Shown piece by piece: positions 53,021 through 55,457 of a stretch of 55,457 nucleotides of DNA (position 1 is its first letter; every line of letters starts with the position of its first letter). The stretch is from assembly GCF_006345805.1 (NCBI RefSeq), contig NW_021833771.1:1-55457 (forward strand), in the 5' to 3' direction. The stretch is from Octopus sinensis. Lineage: Eukaryota. Below the pieces are notes generated by a model. That model was not told the DNA's origin, searched no databases, and worked only from the letters and a program-made list of their open reading frames with translations. The position numbers and the translations under genes were made by a program.

Positions 53021-53178
53021 CAACGGGCTTCTTTCAGTTTCCCTCTACCAAATCCACTCACAAGGCTCTGGTCGGCCCGAGGCTATAGAAGAAGACACTT
53101 GCCCAAGTTGCCACGAAGATAGGCTGAACCCAGAACCATGTGGTTGTTAAGCAAATTACTTACCACAGAGCCACTCCT
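53021..53178 (-). mobile_element. SINE family A, 5' half
   Basis: CGGGCTTCTTTCAGTTTCCCTCTACC..ACCACAGAGCCACTCCT. Confidence 0.9.
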
Positions 53179-53587
53179 ACGCCTATATATGTGTGTATAA
53201 GTATATATGTATATACAAGTGTGAGCGTAAATATGTATATACAAGTGTGAGTGTAAATATGTATATATGTATACGTACCTCTCTCTATATATATATGTAT
53301 TGATATATCTTTTAATAGGCTCAGAACTATATTAGGAAAATCTCACAAATGCAGCATGCATGCCAGATCGTTGGGATGTGAGATTGCTTAGAGAAGAGTT
53401 AGCCACAGTTTTAAATCAGTTTCCTTGCCATGCTCGGACGACCAAGTCTGCTTAATATGTACCCTACCAGTTCACTTAACGGAATCAGTGAACTTTTGAT
53501 TAACAGATAAATAAAAATAAAATACTACGCGGATGGTGAAAGCGTTCCAACAACGTCATGACAGATAAGCATGATTTTTATTAGATA

Positions 53588-54091
53588 CTAGCAGTATCGC
53601 CCGGCGTTGCTCGAGTTTGTAAGGGAAATAACTATATAAGCATTTTTAGAGAGTTACTTCCCTTATAATTCGGGCTTTCCTTAGCCATTTTTGTTTTGGT
53701 GTCTTCAAGGCATGAAGTCGTTGTTCTAAAGAACGCTGGTCCTCCTTCACAACGCATTACGACGTTGATTTCTTTACACTCCCTTCCCCACAGCTTCACG
53801 AGGGAGGGAGGGGGAGAAACAAACAGGTGCAGCTGTGAGCGTGGACGCCAACTCCGCCGCCATCGACATATGAGCATTTTATGCATTAAAATGGAATAAA
53901 AAATGATGTTAAATTATTTTTAAAATCGTAGACTCATCGTTGACGCGCGCTAATAGTCAGACGGGCTCGATATGAATCACGACTATAAGATACCCGGTTT
54001 TGGTTAAACTGCACCGCAAAATGTGGGAGGAGTTAGGAATCTAAATCGAAGGGGACAGACACTCACACAACTAGAGTTTTATATATATAGA
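53588..54091 (-). mobile_element. Non-autonomous Helitron, same termini as the 22816 copy but a different interior
   Basis: Minus strand A|TCTATATATATAAAA ... CTCGAGCAACGCCGGGCGATACTGCTAG|T. Confidence 0.88.
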
Positions 54092-54433
54092 TATCTTTTT
54101 ATTTTAAATACAGTGAAATTACTTAGTCTATTCGAATATAGGAATTATTATATATAAAATTCTTAGCTTCGACAGTGATATCATGCTTGAAATTAAAAAT
54201 TCACTGTTACAGAAGTTGTTTTGTTGCCTGTATTTCCTGATATAAACAATAAAGGCATTTGCGATATCTGGATGGCTAACGGAAGGCATTGTCGAATATG
54301 TTCGTTGTCAAAGTAACAATGTCAAGTTCCTGAAAAGGAAACTGCAGAAAATTATTTGATCATCACGAATTCGGCAGAGTGGATTATTTTTTCTTTCATT
54401 TTTTTCTGTTTTTTTTTTGTAAACATCAGGTGT

Positions 54434-54530
54434 AGGAGTGGCTGTGTGGTAAGTAACTTGCTTACGGACCACATGGCTCCGGGTTCAGTCCTACTGCGTG
54501 GCACATTGGGCAAGTGTCTCGGGCTGACCA
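54434..54530 (+). mobile_element. SINE family A head fragment
   Basis: AGGAGTGGCTGTGTGGTAAG..GGTTCAGTCC..TTGGGCAAGTGTC. Confidence 0.85.
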
Positions 54531-54639
54531 AGCTTTCTCTCCGTGACTCGCTAAGTCTTCCGGGTTTGTTTATAAAAGTATTATTTATGTAGTTACATGT
54601 GTGTGTATTTATATATTATGTACACTCTCACATACACGC

Positions 54640-54673
<34 letters not shown>

Positions 54674-54681
54674 GTATGTAT

Positions 54682-55218
54682 GACACATGGGAAAGCATAG
54701 CTATTGATCGTAGCAGGTGGAGAAGGATTGTGCATGAGGGGAGAGCCACGTTTGAGAAATCTCGAGTTGCACATGAGAAAGTAAGGAGGGATGTCAGGAA
54801 GGACATCGCTGTTACACTTCCAGAAGGGAAGGGTCTTCCTTTGATTCTGACATGCAATGTCTGTGCAAGACCCTGCCTCAGTAAAGCTGGTCTCATGAGT
54901 CATCTTCGTAATCATAAAACCAGACAGATGATTGACAATCTGACCACTGGTGGTGGTGTAACACACCATACTAATCATATCTGTCGAGCATGTGGAAGAG
55001 AGTGTAATTCGGCAGGAGGACTTAAGCGACATGCAAAGGTACATGAAGCCCAGTTACAAGTACAGTCGGCTATTACCAATAAAGGTTTTAGTTGCCAAAT
55101 TTTGTACAAGACATTGTAGATCTTTAGCTGGGCTAAAGAGTCACATTCGATCACAGCACCAATAACAGTTAAGCTTCGTGCAATGGCCATACTCCATAAC
55201 AAGGGGGCAGCCATAATA
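54682..55218 (+). mobile_element. RTE-clade LINE 3' fragment ending in three C2H2 zinc fingers
   Basis: TWESIAIDRSRWRRIVHEG, then CNVC-X12-HLRNH, CRAC-X12-HAKVH and, after removing one T at 55100-55103, CQIC-X12-HIRSQH with stop at 55163-55165; flanked by (TATG)n. Confidence 0.8.
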
Positions 55219-55457
55219 TATGTATGTATGTATGTGTGTGTATGTATGTGCGTGTATCATACAGACCTTTTGTGTTTTATACAATATTTTCACTTTCTAT
55301 CCTTGGCATCAATAGCTCTTTCCCAAAGTTTCCATTTCTAAAAACCGCCTCAATTTCCATCTTTCTAATGTCCTGTTCCCCTAACCCCCACCAACTTATA
55401 CCCGCTTCTCATCGCATGTCCGTTCGTCTTTCTGCCAGCTTCCATTTAAATTAATAA

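Overview
AT-rich, repeat-dense eukaryotic genomic DNA. The tRNA-headed SINE families and the abundant (TA)n/(CA)n/(GATA)n arrays suggest an octopus (coleoid cephalopod); this is inferred from family recognition, not a database search. Most long ORFs in the supplied track (YIYI.., LSIY.., TTTT..) are microsatellite artefacts. I can support only one host-gene exon: 25720-25875 (+), encoding the start of the amino-terminal domain of a kainate-type ionotropic glutamate receptor, so most of the window is probably intron of that gene. Mobile DNA: a complete but disabled hAT transposon (7771-11529; TIRs and 8-bp TSD), a decayed Buster/Charlie-type hAT, two non-autonomous Helitrons, a long-TIR MITE, 3' fragments of several RTE-clade LINEs (one ending in three tandem C2H2 fingers), and many copies of three SINE families that swap heads and tails and form tandem and inverted arrangements. 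The best lead is an apparently intact type I hammerhead ribozyme (27785-27881) with a palindromic, Penelope-type stem III. It lies in the sense orientation 1.9 kb downstream of the receptor exon, and two decayed hammerhead-like motifs on the same strand occur elsewhere.
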